A stretch of 64,000 nt of DNA from Eledone cirrhosa (GCA_964016885.1 OZ024743.1:106950001-107014000); one strand, 5' to 3'; positions 38,101-52,752 are shown, numbered from the stretch's first letter. The notes: a model not told the origin generated them from the letters alone. Numbers and translations are program-made.

Positions 38101-39328
38101 TCTGCCCCTTGCTTCTACTGGATACAATCAGGGGTCGTTATCCCCCTGGTGTTTACATAGTTACGGCTTCCTAAAAACTTCAATAAATAAAATAGAAATA
38201 CCTAATATTCGGTGAAATCACATTATTAATGATATAACCTTTGATGTAGCTAAAGAGCCTTTTCTTTTCTCGTTGTTTATGGAATTATTTTTAATGTCCT
38301 TGTTGTTTCCTGGTCTATTCTTTTTTTTGGGGGGGGGGGGGGGATTTTTTTCCTTAATCTTAGACACTGTATATCCCCAGTTGTGCAGATCAATGATCAA
38401 AGAGGTTACAGCAGTGAACATCCCGTATTTTATTCAAGAACAATAAGCTTAAGCACGTATTATGCAATATTACTATTATCAGCAGAACGAATAACTACGC
38501 AGAGATTACTTGCTTGTTTAGCTATTGTGTTTGACAACAATAATTTGGTTACTGATAGTTTTACTGTTAATATAAAAGCTGTGTTTTCTCTTATTACAAT
38601 TGTTGATTTGTATGCTGTTGTTATTCTTCTTTTTGCTGTTGCTGTTTTATTACTGTTACTGTTGTTGATATTGTTACTGTTGCTGTAGTTCTTGTTGCTC
38701 TTGTTCTTGCTGTTACTCTAGCTGTTGTAGTTACAGTTGCTGTTCTTTTTACAGTTGCTCTTGTCGTTATTGTTGCTCATGCTGCTGTTGTTGCTACTGT
38801 TACTGTTTTTGTAACAGCTGTTACCGTTGTTTTTGTTGCTGCTATTTTTATTACTGTGGCATTGCTCTTGTTATTTTTTCTGTTCTTGTTTTTATTGTTG
38901 TTACTGTTGTTGTTGTTGTCACTTTGGTAGTTGCTGTTGCTGTTGTGATTGCTGTTGTTGTTGCTGCTGTAACAACTTCAGTCATCTTTGATCGAACACA
39001 ATCTTAAACAAAGGCATACAACCCTTAACGATTCCATTAGTTACATATAACTAGAGCCCATAATATCCAATGTTTCTACTTTCCTTTTAAGAATATGGCA
39101 TGGCGTAGTTGGAGGAAAATGTTACTTCTATTTCTAATAGCTAGGCAACGCAAGATGAGACTCCCGATTGTTGCTGTAAACGATTATGTACAACAGAGTA
39201 ATATGAGATATATTAATGTATTTCTTTTTTATTGTCATGTCCACGTTTCCAGTAGGATAGTGTACGTATTTTAGAGATAAATTAATGAAATAGAGTGAGC
39301 ATAATACTATACAACTGAGTTTAGTATA

Positions 39329-39365
<37 letters not shown>

Positions 39366-39416
39366 GTGTGTATGCGTGTGTCTGTGCCTGTGTAAGTATA
39401 TATATATATATATATA

Positions 39417-39490
<74 letters not shown>

Positions 39491-40137
39491 GAGAGAGTGT
39501 AGAGTCTGGGAGAGACAACTACAGTAAAACGGTAGAATTAAACCAAAAGTTTGGCTTGAAAATAAAATTCTACTATATTCATTCATCTGTTATTGCTTTA
39601 AAACCAAAACCAAAATACAGTTTTCTATATGAAAGCAGTTTATTAGATACAGCGCAGATGTTATATATAGATTACACAACACAAACAGAAAAGCAAAGAA
39701 TCAAAAATAAAGGTACAAGTATTTGCAGGTGAAAATGGCAACGATATATGTTAAAACAAACTTATACATATGTTCTCAGTATCCCTTAAGCTCTAGAAAC
39801 TACACCATACTTTTCCATTGTGGTCATGTATGGGTCGATATGCTATCGCAGTTAAAGGACCTTAACTCTTGATAGATATAAGGGTGCTGTTCTGACTGAC
39901 GGTGTTTCGTTTACCTTGAAAACTCAGCAGAATCCATCTCTTAATCTCTAAACAAGCCGATTTCTACTAGAAAAGAAAGAGTCAATCAAACCTTGTACTA
40001 AGGATGAAATGAAACATTGACCTCTATGCTATTTGAACTCAGAGCGCAGTAACCTTGGATATATTACAAGGAATAGTTAAGCCGAGGCTTTTATGACACT
40101 GCCAATACGCCGCAATGCTGCTACAGGCACTATTATA

Positions 40138-40451
40138 ATAATTGTTTCTACTTTTGGCACAAGGCCAGCAATTACCCAGTACATTATTGGTACTTTATTT
40201 TATCGACCCCGTAAGGATGAAAGGCAAAATAATGATTTCTAGTATAGGTACAAAGTCAGTAATTTGTTGGGAGGGGAAAGTCCATTAAATCGACCCCAGT
40301 ACGTTACTGGTGCTTTATTTAAATCGACCCCGTAAGGATGAAAGGCAAAGTTAAGCCTCGGCGGGATTTGAACTTAGACCGTAAAGAACCGTAACTCTAT
40401 GCTGCAAAGCATGGTGTCCAACTCTCTACCGATACTGCCAATCCACCACCC
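40138..40451 (-). mobile_element. SINE with a duplicated or chimeric 3' part (long-tail copy plus short-tail 3' fragment), TSD cactattataata
   Basis: The core appears twice; flanking direct repeat at ~40128 and ~40457. Confidence 0.8.
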
Positions 40452-41089
40452 TAGACACTATTATAATAATAGTATTCATTTGATATTAGGCCACTGGGTC
40501 AGCCTGTGTTGATAATGAGAAATCTGTTTAATCAACACCATTACTTGACTCCTACTTTTGCATTTAATAGCTGGATGGGCTGGAATTAATTAGCAGTAGG
40601 ATAAAACTGTGATTCAGTAGAGAAATGTATATGGAAGCATAAGTTTAATAAATATACCTATATCCCTCCGTGTGTATTGTAATTGATGACCATTTTTCAT
40701 CTGCTTCGTAATTGTGAAAGAACACCAAATATTAGTATTTTAGGATTTCACTTCAGTTTATTAACTTCAGTGTCAATTACTCATTCGGTACTAACGTAAT
40801 ATAATATAATCTTTTATATAAGCATATTTTAATAATATATTAATGAAGATATTCATTTGAATGTAGTGCGTGCTTGACGAGGTGCCATTATTTAGCAATA
40901 GTATTAACACAGTATGACTCAGGAAATAAAGTATTATAACATGGTCACACCTTAAAAGATACCTATAGATAAACATGTTTGTTTATTATACGTAATCATG
41001 TTGTATTTCATATGGTTATGACTATATTAGTACAGTTTTTAAAGAAGCTATATCTAAACATAAGATACTATTATTTCTAAGTGCAATGG

Positions 41090-41300
41090 AATGGCAAAAT
41101 CGTTAGAGCATCAAACAGAATGCTTTATTGGCATTTGTTCCGAGTCTTTACGTTCTACGTTCAAATCTATAGGAGCTCAATCTTGCTTTCCATCCTCCAA
41201 GGTTCGGTAAAATAATATACCAGTCAAATATTGGGTTCAGTTTAATCATCTTTTTCTTTCCCCAAAACTTTCGGGTCTGTGTCGAAAATAAAAATCAATA
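41090..41300 (+). mobile_element. Old diverged SINE
   Basis: tggcaaaatcgttagagc A box, gttcaaatc B box, decayed core. Confidence 0.55.
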
Positions 41301-42632
41301 TTATGACAATTCTAAAGAAAATACTCTAACATCTTTCTACCACACAGCATGAAAACATAATTATTTTGGAGCTTGATAATTACTATATCTGACATGTAGA
41401 GAATTCGCCAAATCGTTTCTTACAAAATTTCAGACAAAATAATGCAGGCCAAATAAATCAAAAAGACGGAAATATCTTCACTCATTTCATGCCAACACAT
41501 GCATGAAATGGGAAATGAAATGTTTAGAGTTCTTACAAATGACGCTTAACATCGTGTCTAGCACATTATATTCCTTCACCGTTCATTTCATAATAAAAAT
41601 GGCTGCAACTTTTTGCTTTCATGTGAACAAGTTTCTTGCTGATAGAATTCTTAGTGTTCATGATGATCGGTGACATTCCATTGTCTGTCTCGTTTCTCAG
41701 TAGAATATATATAGTAAATGCGATAGAGACTAAACGGCAAACTGTACAAAGTATTCAAAAATTTGTGATTGTCTGTAATATGTAAATGAATAAGACTATT
41801 CTATATATTATTTCAATATTGAATAAATTTATTAAACAGGGGTCCTTTCGGGCGGTTTGAGATCAAAAGGGATATATAAGCCTCCAATATTATCAAATGT
41901 GTCATAAACGCGAAATATAATAATTAAAAAAGCGAACAATTTCTGGTTACGTATTTAAATTGTCCGTACCATCCATGAAATATAAGTGATTGGAATTAGT
42001 TTAAGAGGTTTTCTGTTTAAAGGTTTGTCTTATTGAAAATAATTTAAAAGAAAGATAACGAATGAAACCCATAAAAAATATGGGGCATTAAACAACCTTC
42101 ACATCATACATCATTTTTTATTTGTTATTGAAATAGAAAATTTCAATTTAAAATAATAGACAGGAAGAGGAAATAAAAGAGAAGGAATAAAACGGAGGAG
42201 AAAGAATAATTGAATGATCCGAAAACGATGAATGAAGTTGCCGAACTCTACACGCTTTTTGGGGTGCCCCGCAAAGAAAGATGGCAAAAGCATTGCCGTG
42301 GAGAATAGCCGGAAACACACGCTTCATCAGCCATTCAATCTCATGTGGCTCCTTCATTAGGTCGGATGTAATACTTCTGATTATGCGGAGGAAGACATCA
42401 TTACAGTGACCCATGAAGACACTGGATATCTCTGTAACATTTAAAAACAGGATGCATATTCAAATCCACGTATTTGGTTATCTGCCGCTGCATGTAGTTG
42501 TAATAATTAAAACTGTATAGCGCTTGTATTTATACTTCATTATACCCAGTTAACGAATTATTTAAGGCAAAACATTTCCCGGGAATTTGAACTCCTTGGA
42601 GTCAAAAAATAACAACAACAACAATAGTAGTA

Positions 42633-42850
42633 ATAATGGTTTCTTATATAGGCACGAGGCCAGCAATTCCGGGGGAGGGGAAAGTCGACTAAGTTGACCC
42701 TAGTCAGTGACTGCTACTTTATTTTATCGACCCTGTAAGGATAAAATGCTAAATTAACCTTGATGGAATTTGAACTCAGATCATAAAGGGCCGTAACTCT
42801 ATGCTGCAAAGCATGGCGTCCGACCCTCTACCGATACTGCCAATCCACCG
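42633..42850 (-). mobile_element. tRNA-derived SINE (long-tail)
   Basis: Family consensus on the minus strand. Confidence 0.85.
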
Positions 42851-43010
42851 ACCTAACAATTGTAGTAATAACTAGCAGAATGGCCCGGCGTTGCTTGGGA
42901 TTTGCTCTAGGGTTCTTATATATTTGATATATATTTATCCTTATCGAGCCTCGTGAAATAAATACGGTTGTTTATTATTGTGTATGCAAAAATATCTGCA
43001 CGCGAATACA

Positions 43011-43097
<87 letters not shown>

Positions 43098-43288
43098 ACA
43101 GGGAGTAAGAGACGATTATTAGGAAGAACATTTTTTTTTTTCCTTTTTTATTTCTCTCTCTCTTTTTTCTGGGTTAGAAAATGATTAAAACGAAATGTTT
43201 TACTTTGTGTGAAGTGTTAAGGTATTAGTTGATTTATTTATTATTTAACAATGGCATTTATTTATCTATTTATATATTTAATAATTGT

Positions 43289-43330
43289 CTATTACCGGTT
43301 TCAGCATGTTTATGCATTATCAAATGATAG
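43289..43330 (-). ncRNA. Minimal hammerhead, U3-A8 variant, left pLTR
   Basis: ctatcat TTGATAA t gcat aaac atgc t GAA ACCGGT A atag; helix I is weak. Confidence 0.6.
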
Positions 43331-43836
43331 TGAAATATATTAGTGTGGTGTCGCACATGTTAAAGAGAAGGTGCAGAAAGAATAATGTTATTTATAAACA
43401 AGGTTTCTGAAGTGAAAAGAAAAAAGAAAAAAGAAAAAAGAAAAAAGAAAAAAGAAAAAAAAAAACGGGCGTAATGTAGTGCATAAAAAGTCAATGTGAA
43501 AGTAGAATAATGTTATTTACAGGCATAGTTCTTGAAATTAAGCAGATCAAAATGTGTTAATATAGCAAGAGTGCTTAGTTGATTCATGATTCCATGATGG
43601 AGGCAAATGGTGGACTGAGGTTGGATATGATTTCCCTTTTTCGAGAGATAATATACAGGGGGAAGCAATTCTTGCTGGATGATATTTAATTTATTTAACA
43701 AAAAGGATTAGGTAGGGTGTAAGGGAGGTAAGGAGCTCAGACACCCAAACCCAGGAATGAACCGCAACAAAAAACTCTACCATACATCTCCACACACAAC
43801 CTCCTCAACATTACTTTACTAAAAAGAGACCCAAGA

Positions 43837-44352
43837 ATGAACAAAATCCTCCAAACTCACAACATCATAAAGAGCAAAAGACAACCTAAATCCATAAAAA
43901 ACATCCTCACACAAGCCAAAATCCAACAAACCCTCACAATGAACCCTACAGTAACAAAATGCGGAAGGCCCATCTGTGGCATATGCATAAATCTAATAGG
44001 AGGTTCAACATTCCATTTTAAACAAGGACAACATTTCACAGTTAAACACAACTTTACATGTGCATCTGAAAACCTAATCTATGTTTTGACCTGCTCTGGT
44101 TGTCAAGAGCACTACATAGGACAGACAAAAAACAGCCTCCGTCAACGTATGACCGTCCATAAATCACAAATTAAAATACAGGTATACAGAAAGATTGCAT
44201 TTAGTGAACATTTCGCCAATTGTGCACACAGCCAACATCCAAACTTTAACATTTTCCCCATTTACAAATTCATAGACAAGGCTACTTTCATCCAACGTAC
44301 CAATAAGGAAATCCCACCCCTACTTAATGCACTAAAAATCGGACCAAATTAA
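43837..44352 (+). pseudogene. PLE zinc-linker plus GIY-YIG endonuclease fragment
   Basis: KCGRPICGIC, FTCASENLIYVLTCSGCQEHYIGQTKNSLRQRMTVH, FSEHFANC. Confidence 0.88.
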
Positions 44353-44857
44353 ACTGCAACAAACAATCAAACATTTACAAGAGTTACCTCCCTCACACCC
44401 TACTTAACCCTTTTTGTTAAATAAATTAAATATCTTCCAGCAAGAATTACTTCCCCCTGCATATTAACTCTCTAAAAAGGGAAATCATATCCAACCTCAG
44501 TCCACCATTTGCCTCCATCATGGAATCATGGATCAACTAAGCAGTCTTACTATATTAACACATTTTGATCTGCTTAATTTCAAGAACTATGCCTGTAAAT
44601 AACATTATTTTTTCTTTCACATTGAGTGTTTATGCTCTACATTACGCCCGTTTTTTTTATTTTTTATTTTTTATTTTTTATTATTTTATTTATTTTTTTA
44701 TTGTTTTTGTTTTTTTATTATTATTATTTTTTTTTTTTTTCTGTTTTCTTTTTACTTTTTTCTCTTTTCTTTTCACTTCATAAACCTTATTTGTAAATAA
44801 CATTATTCTTTCTGTACCTTCTCTTTAACATGTGCGACACCACACTAATACATTTCA

Positions 44858-44899
44858 CTATCATTTGATAATGTATAAAAATGCTGAAACCGGTAATAG
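44858..44899 (+). ncRNA. Minimal hammerhead, U3-A8 variant, right pLTR
   Basis: ctatcat TTGATAA t gtat aaaa atgc t GAA ACCGGT A atag. Confidence 0.58.
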
Positions 44900-45141
44900 A
44901 CAATTATTAAATATATAGATAGATAAATAAATGCCATTGTTAAATAATGAATCAATCACCTAATACATTAACACTTCACACAATGTAAAACATTTCGTTT
45001 TAATCATTTTCTAACCCAGAAAAAAGAGAGAGAGAAATAAAAAAGGGAAAAAAAATTTTTTTCTTCCTAATAATCGTCTCTTACTCCCTGTTTTCATATA
45101 TTTATATATATATATCCTAGCTCGTGTGCTTCCTCTCCACA

Positions 45142-45237
<96 letters not shown>

Positions 45238-45774
45238 TAACAGATTAAAGTTTAAGCAAAGAATCACTGCTTTCACCCTTAAGGGGATATTCTGAAACTA
45301 AAAAAATCAATCTGTGAACGCAGAAGTAAATATTTCGAAAAACGTTGCAACCGAAAGAAAACGGGAAAAAGATACTTTGGTTCGTGAAGACGTTCCCTAG
45401 CATAAGAATATATATGTACACACACCATATACATACATATATAGACACACACACACTGATCGTATCATAATGACGTAATGCAGACAGTCAGGCATACGGA
45501 CAGATATTATAAGGGCGCGACGTTATATCTATGTATCTCTCTAAAAAAAGAAAGACTAAGAGTTATAAACATAGATCGCTAAATCTCCTAATATAGTGCC
45601 TAGGGCATTGAAAATTTGAAATATTTTTGCCCAAAACACGCACGGGACAATAAGTATTACATGTGTAAAGTTTGAAAAAGCTCGGTTGGGTGGTTTTCGA
45701 GTTTTAGTGATTAGACAGACAGACAGACAAACAGACATTCTCTGTTTTAGTAATATAGATAATAATTATTATAA

Positions 45775-46765
<991 letters not shown>

Positions 46766-47047
46766 TACAACGAGGTTTATATTGTTTTATCATAAATATC
46801 TAGACATGTTGTGTGATAATGAATTTAGTTATATAATTTGATCAAAATATTATGATGATACAATCCCATCTCGCTTCAAAAACTTCCGTCTCCACATATC
46901 AAAATATCAATAATATCGAAGACGAAAGATTGTTTAATGAGACAGATTATGTATGATAATTGAATAATTTATGCCTGTCGAACTTGAAATTCAGAGAAAC
47001 AAAATTAAACAAAGCTTTCACTGACTCGCAATCCTGTTGCATCAACG

Positions 47048-47245
<198 letters not shown>

Positions 47246-48161
47246 ATATAGTTAAAATAAACGGCATCTAAAGCGTTTCTAAAGATTGTTAAATAGAGTG
47301 TTAAGTATTAATATTTAATAAAGTATAAACTATCTACAATAGCCTATTTTTGGCAATAATTTAAATCGATAAACATGTAATCCTATCGGCTTAAGAATAT
47401 TCATTTTATCACTGAGTTTCTTCAAAGAACCCTCATATCTACCTACATCAAAGAACTAATTTAGTATACAAACTCTGAAAGGAAATAGCTTATCTAAGAA
47501 AATTCTTAATAGCCCATTGTGTAGGGGAATATGTCTATTTTGAGAAAGGCGTTTCATTAATAAGACCTATAATTACGTTTCTTATGGAAGTGTGCTCTTG
47601 TAGTAGATCATTAATTCTAAAAGCTTACACTCCATGACATAGCAACATGGATAACCTAAATAATGTAGAAGTGATATAACTGAAGAGATATAGCGTCTGT
47701 TAAATAAATAAGAATGCAAAGTTACTAGATAGAGAGTTCTGTGCTTTGCTGTAATAAATTTCCTTCTTCACAAACTTGAGTTTAAAATCGCTGGGCGTTG
47801 ATTCATAACTTCATTCCTTAAATTTAGATAGCGTTAGTGGGCATTAAAATACAGCAGTGTATTTTATCGATTTTAATTCCCTCGGTGCAAGATTTTCCTC
47901 GGTACCTGGTGATAATATAAAATATATACAAAATATAGTGCCTTATAAATTAATACGAGGGTAGCTTGTTTCGTTATAAATGTATGTATAAGTATGCCTC
48001 TGAGATGAAATATCCTCAGTGGGATAGGCTGTTATTGTATCTGCTTATATACATGGATAAAACAAGATTGATGTAGATCTGTTTAATGTTCAAGCGAAGG
48101 CAATTGGCGATGCTAGGAAAGTAAACAGACACACACATGCTCACACACAGACATGTAAATA

Positions 48162-48206
<45 letters not shown>

Positions 48207-48327
48207 GGTGTTGGATGCTTAAAGCGTCCGTATACGGTAGGCCTTATGAGCACTCAATGCCCTCGTAGAGCAGAGTATGATATCACAGAAAAAAGAGAAT
48301 AATTGTTGCGGGGAAAGGTATTTATTG

Positions 48328-48423
48328 GACATATTACAAATGTTTCTCGGGCGACCAGCTCGAGGCTCGATCGATATGGTGATCACACCTGACTCTGAAA
48401 TCAACACAGTCGTCAGATATGTC
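48328..48423 (-). ncRNA. Type I hammerhead with a long (~63 nt) helix II domain
   Basis: gacatat CTGACGA [63 nt] GAA ACATTTGT A atatgtc: perfect 7-bp helix I, GUA triplet; helix II base pairing is unclear. Confidence 0.6.
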
Positions 48424-49378
48424 TCGATTCTACGAAGAAGATTTTTCTATAGTTTTTAGCATCGAATTTCTTGGTTTGTTGATTTAGATCCTGTTGTTGT
48501 CATTCTATGAGTGGTCAAGAATTGTACACGTCACCGGTATTTTTAGCCACTCTTGTGTTCCCACTTCTTGCTTCTTCTCGTTCTCCACCTGTCAATCAAA
48601 ATTTCTTCATGTATCAGAATTACTACTGTGGTGGGAAAGGGGCTGTAATATTGAACGGCTGGCATCACTTCGACGTCTTCATTGCCCCTAGGTGCCTTTG
48701 TCTACATCGGTCAAGTACACACCCGCAATTATGCTGTATGCGGCATTCATACTAAATAATGTTTTGCGGGAATTAAAAAAAAACAAAAAAACATGTAGAT
48801 ATTTAGCGTAACATTTGTAGGACACAGCCTTAGGATACACTCCGCCATACATATTTCAAAAAGAAAAGGGAAAAGAAAAAGAAAGAACCTGTAGCAAGAA
48901 TGTTTTTTTAAAAAACGTTTTTAAAAGAAAGCTTTCAACACCCATTCAAACGGAAGGGCTATATCAAAGGTGTTTTCAACAAATAGACCCAATTCTACAC
49001 ACACACACTGGACTCAGGGGAGCGTGCGTAGCCAAGACGCAGCACTTATATAGTCAGATGAGAAAATCCATGGAAAGTCATCCGTACCCCCACGCATACA
49101 TGCTCCGACAAATACATCGACCCATGTATGCACACACCCGTGTTATTGCATGTCTGTGTGGACACACATACATACACGCACCCGTGTGCTCCCACACCGG
49201 ATGCATATACTTGATGAGTACCCCCATCCGTCTACCCATTCGCCGCTGCGCAGATGGTGCACACAGTATTGTGTGAGACAACGCATTTGAAGCCTTGACC
49301 CAACCTGATCATGTGACGGTGTGAGTCCGAGGGTGCCTGCACAATATGCCTAAATGTTACGGCAGCACAATATCCCTG

Positions 49379-49493
49379 CACTAATCGCATATAGCGTGGG
49401 TGGCACACTAATCGCATATAGCGTGGCTGGCACACACTAATCGCATATAGCGTGGCTGGCACACACTAATCGCATATAGCGTGGGTGGCACAC
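49379..49493. repeat. 26-28-bp minisatellite (about 4 copies), mirrored at 50170-50285
   Basis: cacactaatcgcatatagcgtggstggc units. Confidence 0.9.
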
Positions 49494-50925
49494 ATATAAA
49501 AATAAACCCTGTGTGTACATAACATAAAATCAGGAAATAGTTTACAATAGTAAAATAAAATAAGATGAAATACAATAAAATAAAATGGTGGAAAAAGAGA
49601 ATGCATACATGACAAGGATGCAGAGGGGGACCGGCTATTATCGAGGTGTGCTTAAAGTTTCATACAATAGTTGGGGGCTCTGGTGCAAAAGTTTATATGA
49701 TATACATGGAGGCTGGTGGGCTAAGGCACTGGGTGGGAGCCTGCGCATGATGCAGGTCTCGTTGCTTGCGGATAGATGTGGGCCGTGCGTGCACAAATAA
49801 GTTATATTTATTGTGGTTATGTGTAACATCCATTTCATAAAAGTATATATGAGATGTGCATGGGTTTGGTGCATACATGGAATATAAAGGGTATGTGCTT
49901 CGTAACAATATATATGGAATGCACGTGGAGTGTATGTACTATGAAATGTGCCAGCGGCATGCGTTGTGTGAGTGTGTATATTGGCGGCATGGAACGACAG
50001 ATTTAAAACTAGAAATCAAAATCAAAATAAAATTAAAATTAACATCAACATTACAATTGGCTGCGATATTAACCTCAACACCAGCGTCATGTCAATCATT
50101 CAAGGATATCGGAAGTCAACAAGTAAAAAATTTTAAAGTTTGAAAATTTAAAACCACACGTATGTTTGTACACCACCCACTCTATATGCGATTAGTGTGT
50201 GCCACCCACTCTATATGCGATTAGTGTGTGCCATCCACTCTATATGCGATTAGTGTGTGCCAGCCACACTATATGCGATTAGTGCAGGGATATTGCGCTG
50301 CCGTAACATTAAGGGATATTGTGCAGGCACCCTCGGACTCAGACCACCACGTGATCAGGTTGGGTCATGGCTTCAGATGCGTTGTCTCACTCAATACTGT
50401 GTGCACCATCTGCGCAGCTACCAGTGTGTAGATGTTTATGGTTTTTTAAAAAACGTTCATGCTACAGATTCTTTCCCCTTTTCTTTTTGAAATATGTATG
50501 GCGGAGTGTATCCTAAGGCTGTGTCCTACAAATGTTACGCTAAATATCCCCTTGATTTGTTTTGTTTTTTTTTAATTCCGCAAAACATTATTTATGATGA
50601 ATACCGCATACAGCATAATTGCGGGTGTGTACCTGACTGATGTAGACAAAGGCACCTAGGGGCAATGAAGACGACGAAGTGATGCCAGCCGTTCAAGATT
50701 ACAGCCCCTTTCCCACCACAGTAGTAATTCTGATACATGAAGAAATTTTGATTGACAGGTGGAGAACGAGAAGAAGCAAGAAGTGGGCAACCAAGAGTGG
50801 CTAAAAATACCGGTGACGTGTACAATTCTTGACCACTCATAGAATGATAACAACAGGATCTAAATAAAAAAAACGAAGAAATTCGATGTTAATGGACTAT
50901 AGGAAAATCTGCTTCGTAGAATCGA

Positions 50926-51021
50926 GACGTATCTGACGACTGTGTTGATTTCAGAGTCAGGTGTGATCACCATATCGATCGAGCCTCGAGCTGGTCGCCC
51001 GAGAAACATTTTTAATATGTC
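50926..51021 (+). ncRNA. Mirror copy of the 48328 hammerhead with a GUA to UUA change
   Basis: gacgtat CTGACGA ... GAAACATTTTTA atatgtc. Confidence 0.5.
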
Positions 51022-51062
51022 CAATAAATTCCTTTCGTCGCAACAATTATTCTCTTCTTTCT

Positions 51063-51108
<46 letters not shown>

Positions 51109-51111
<3 letters not shown>

Positions 51112-51790
51112 GGTGGACCATAAGTAACACAAGGGTTTTAGTTTTTATTAACTTCCTGAATTGTACAGATTGAAGTATGAAATTTTTATACAACTTAAGG
51201 GACAATGGAAATTATTTTTCACTCGTCAATTACTTATGAATCATTACACATTTCAAATGGCGGTCATTTTTGCCCTTTGCCATTCTACGGCCATCCTGTA
51301 TTTATGCGCAGAAAGTTCAGATTTGATGTGATTTTTGTTGTGTTAACACTGGTCTGAGTATCAGGTTGGCTTGGAGTATGTGGAGGTATGTCAGAATTAG
51401 TAGAGTTTCGGATATAATGCGATTGCGTTATTTATGTTTGTTCTTTACACTCTGATTTCAAATCTAAAAGAGTTAAAATTTACCTAAACCGAATATAATG
51501 TTCGCTTTGCAGTAATTCTGTCCCAGGCCCGTTTCGAATACGTTGAATTTTGAACAAGTGACATTTGTCAAGTCTACTGAGTAAAATTGTGTAGAGGGAA
51601 ATATTTTGGATACTCGTTGGATGCTCTGAACTCTAATTGAGAGAGCCGACCTTCTCACACGATTTATCACGTTGAATCTCCACGTTTACGTACACATTTC
51701 TGTGAAATACTTAGTCATGTAAATTTTCATTTCGTGAGGCAGGCTCTTCCGTTGATCACAAAACTAAAAGGCGCATCGTCGAAACTGACA
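51109..51790 (-). mobile_element. Possible internally deleted Tc1/mariner element
   Basis: TA|CAGGGTG terminus in (TA)n; minus-strand NDRHLKCV resembling a transposase C-terminus, and KF..ETG resembling the N-terminus. Confidence 0.4.
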
Positions 51791-51811
51791 TAAGTCTCTC
51801 CTTTTAAGAGC

Positions 51812-52025
51812 AGTGCATTGGCAGTATCGGTAGAGAATCGGACACCATGCTTTGCAGTATAGAGTTACGGCCCTTTCCGGTCTTAGTTCAAATCCCTCAG
51901 AAGTTAACTTGGCCTTTCATCGTTACGGTGTCGATAAAATAAAGCACCAGTAACGTACTGGGGTAGATTTAATCGACTTTCCCCTCCTCCCAAATTACTG
52001 GCCTTTTGCCTATACTAGAAATCAT
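51812..52025 (+). mobile_element. tRNA-derived SINE (long-tail)
   Basis: A/B boxes, core and tail gcctatactagaaatcatt. Confidence 0.85.
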
Positions 52026-52752
52026 TCTTTTACATTTAACCTGTGTATATTTGCTGGCTAGAGCTTGTTTCTTATATCTTCTCTATGATTACTTGCCTAT
52101 GATAGTTTCTCTCTGATGTTATATGTATGGCAGGCTGCTTTGATTGCTTGCCTGTCATTTCTTACATGTTAATGTCTTACTCTGATTGCTTGCTTCCGAT
52201 TTTATGTCTCAAATTAATTATCTATGATTATTTACCACTGGATTACTTGCCTGTAATCGATTACCTCTAATTGACTTTCATTCTTTGAATTTCATTGCTT
52301 TTCTGTGATTATAACCTCCTGATCATTATTCGCTTGTTATTGTAATGTTTTAGTTAAACTCGAAGATAATCTCCAATGACAGGAGAAACAATTCTATACA
52401 CTTGATAGCACCCTGTTGCTTGGAAAAGCAAATGAATTTTATGTCAAAATCGCGAGAGATTTCTGTTCGTGTATTCATTAATCATTCCGCCTGTAAGTAT
52501 ATCTGTGTGTATTTCCTTTTGCATAAGTATGTGTTTGTATATATGAATGATTACGCATGCGTTTCTCTACTGCTGCGTTTGTCTACTGCTGCCTGTTAAT
52601 GATGGTCATTTTGTACACATAATTACCATATGCATGCGTCGCATGCTTCTGTATTTTTAAAAGTTATATTTGTTTAGGTTCGTACAAGTTTGTTCCCATA
52701 AATATATCCACGCTCCGGATTAGGGCATACATGTATTGCTATACTACAAATA

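Larger units (their letters stand above)
37657..38185. repeat. Non-coding direct-plus-inverted repeat module with HHRs
   Basis: 37657-37728 is directly repeated at 37951-38019; 37688-37854 is inverted at 38019-38185. Confidence 0.85.
43091..45100 (+). mobile_element. 5'-truncated Penelope-like element (Neptune-like) with ~650-700-bp inverted pLTRs
   Basis: Arms 43091-43730 and 44384-45100 are reverse complements; the centre encodes GIY-YIG; inserted in (TA)n. Confidence 0.9.
42872..45759 (-). mobile_element. Non-autonomous Helitron hosting a nested PLE fold-back
   Basis: Minus strand: A|TCTATATTACTAAAACAGAGAATGTCTG at 45759; cccaagcaacgccggg hairpin plus CTAG|T at 42872. Confidence 0.7.
48280..51069 (-). 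mobile_element. 2.8-kb fold-back, probably PLE-derived (outer arms 48280-48916 and 50440-51069; inner arms 49245-49495 and 50170-50419)
   Basis: Mirror ORFs confirm the arms; HHR in both outer arms; the centre has a weak RT-like IYFYEMDVTHNHNKYNLFVHARPTS on the minus strand; next to (TA)n. Confidence 0.7.

Noticed and set aside
49379-49493. CRISPR-like 28-bp repeats
   Set aside because: Contiguous tandem units without spacers in eukaryotic DNA; a minisatellite.
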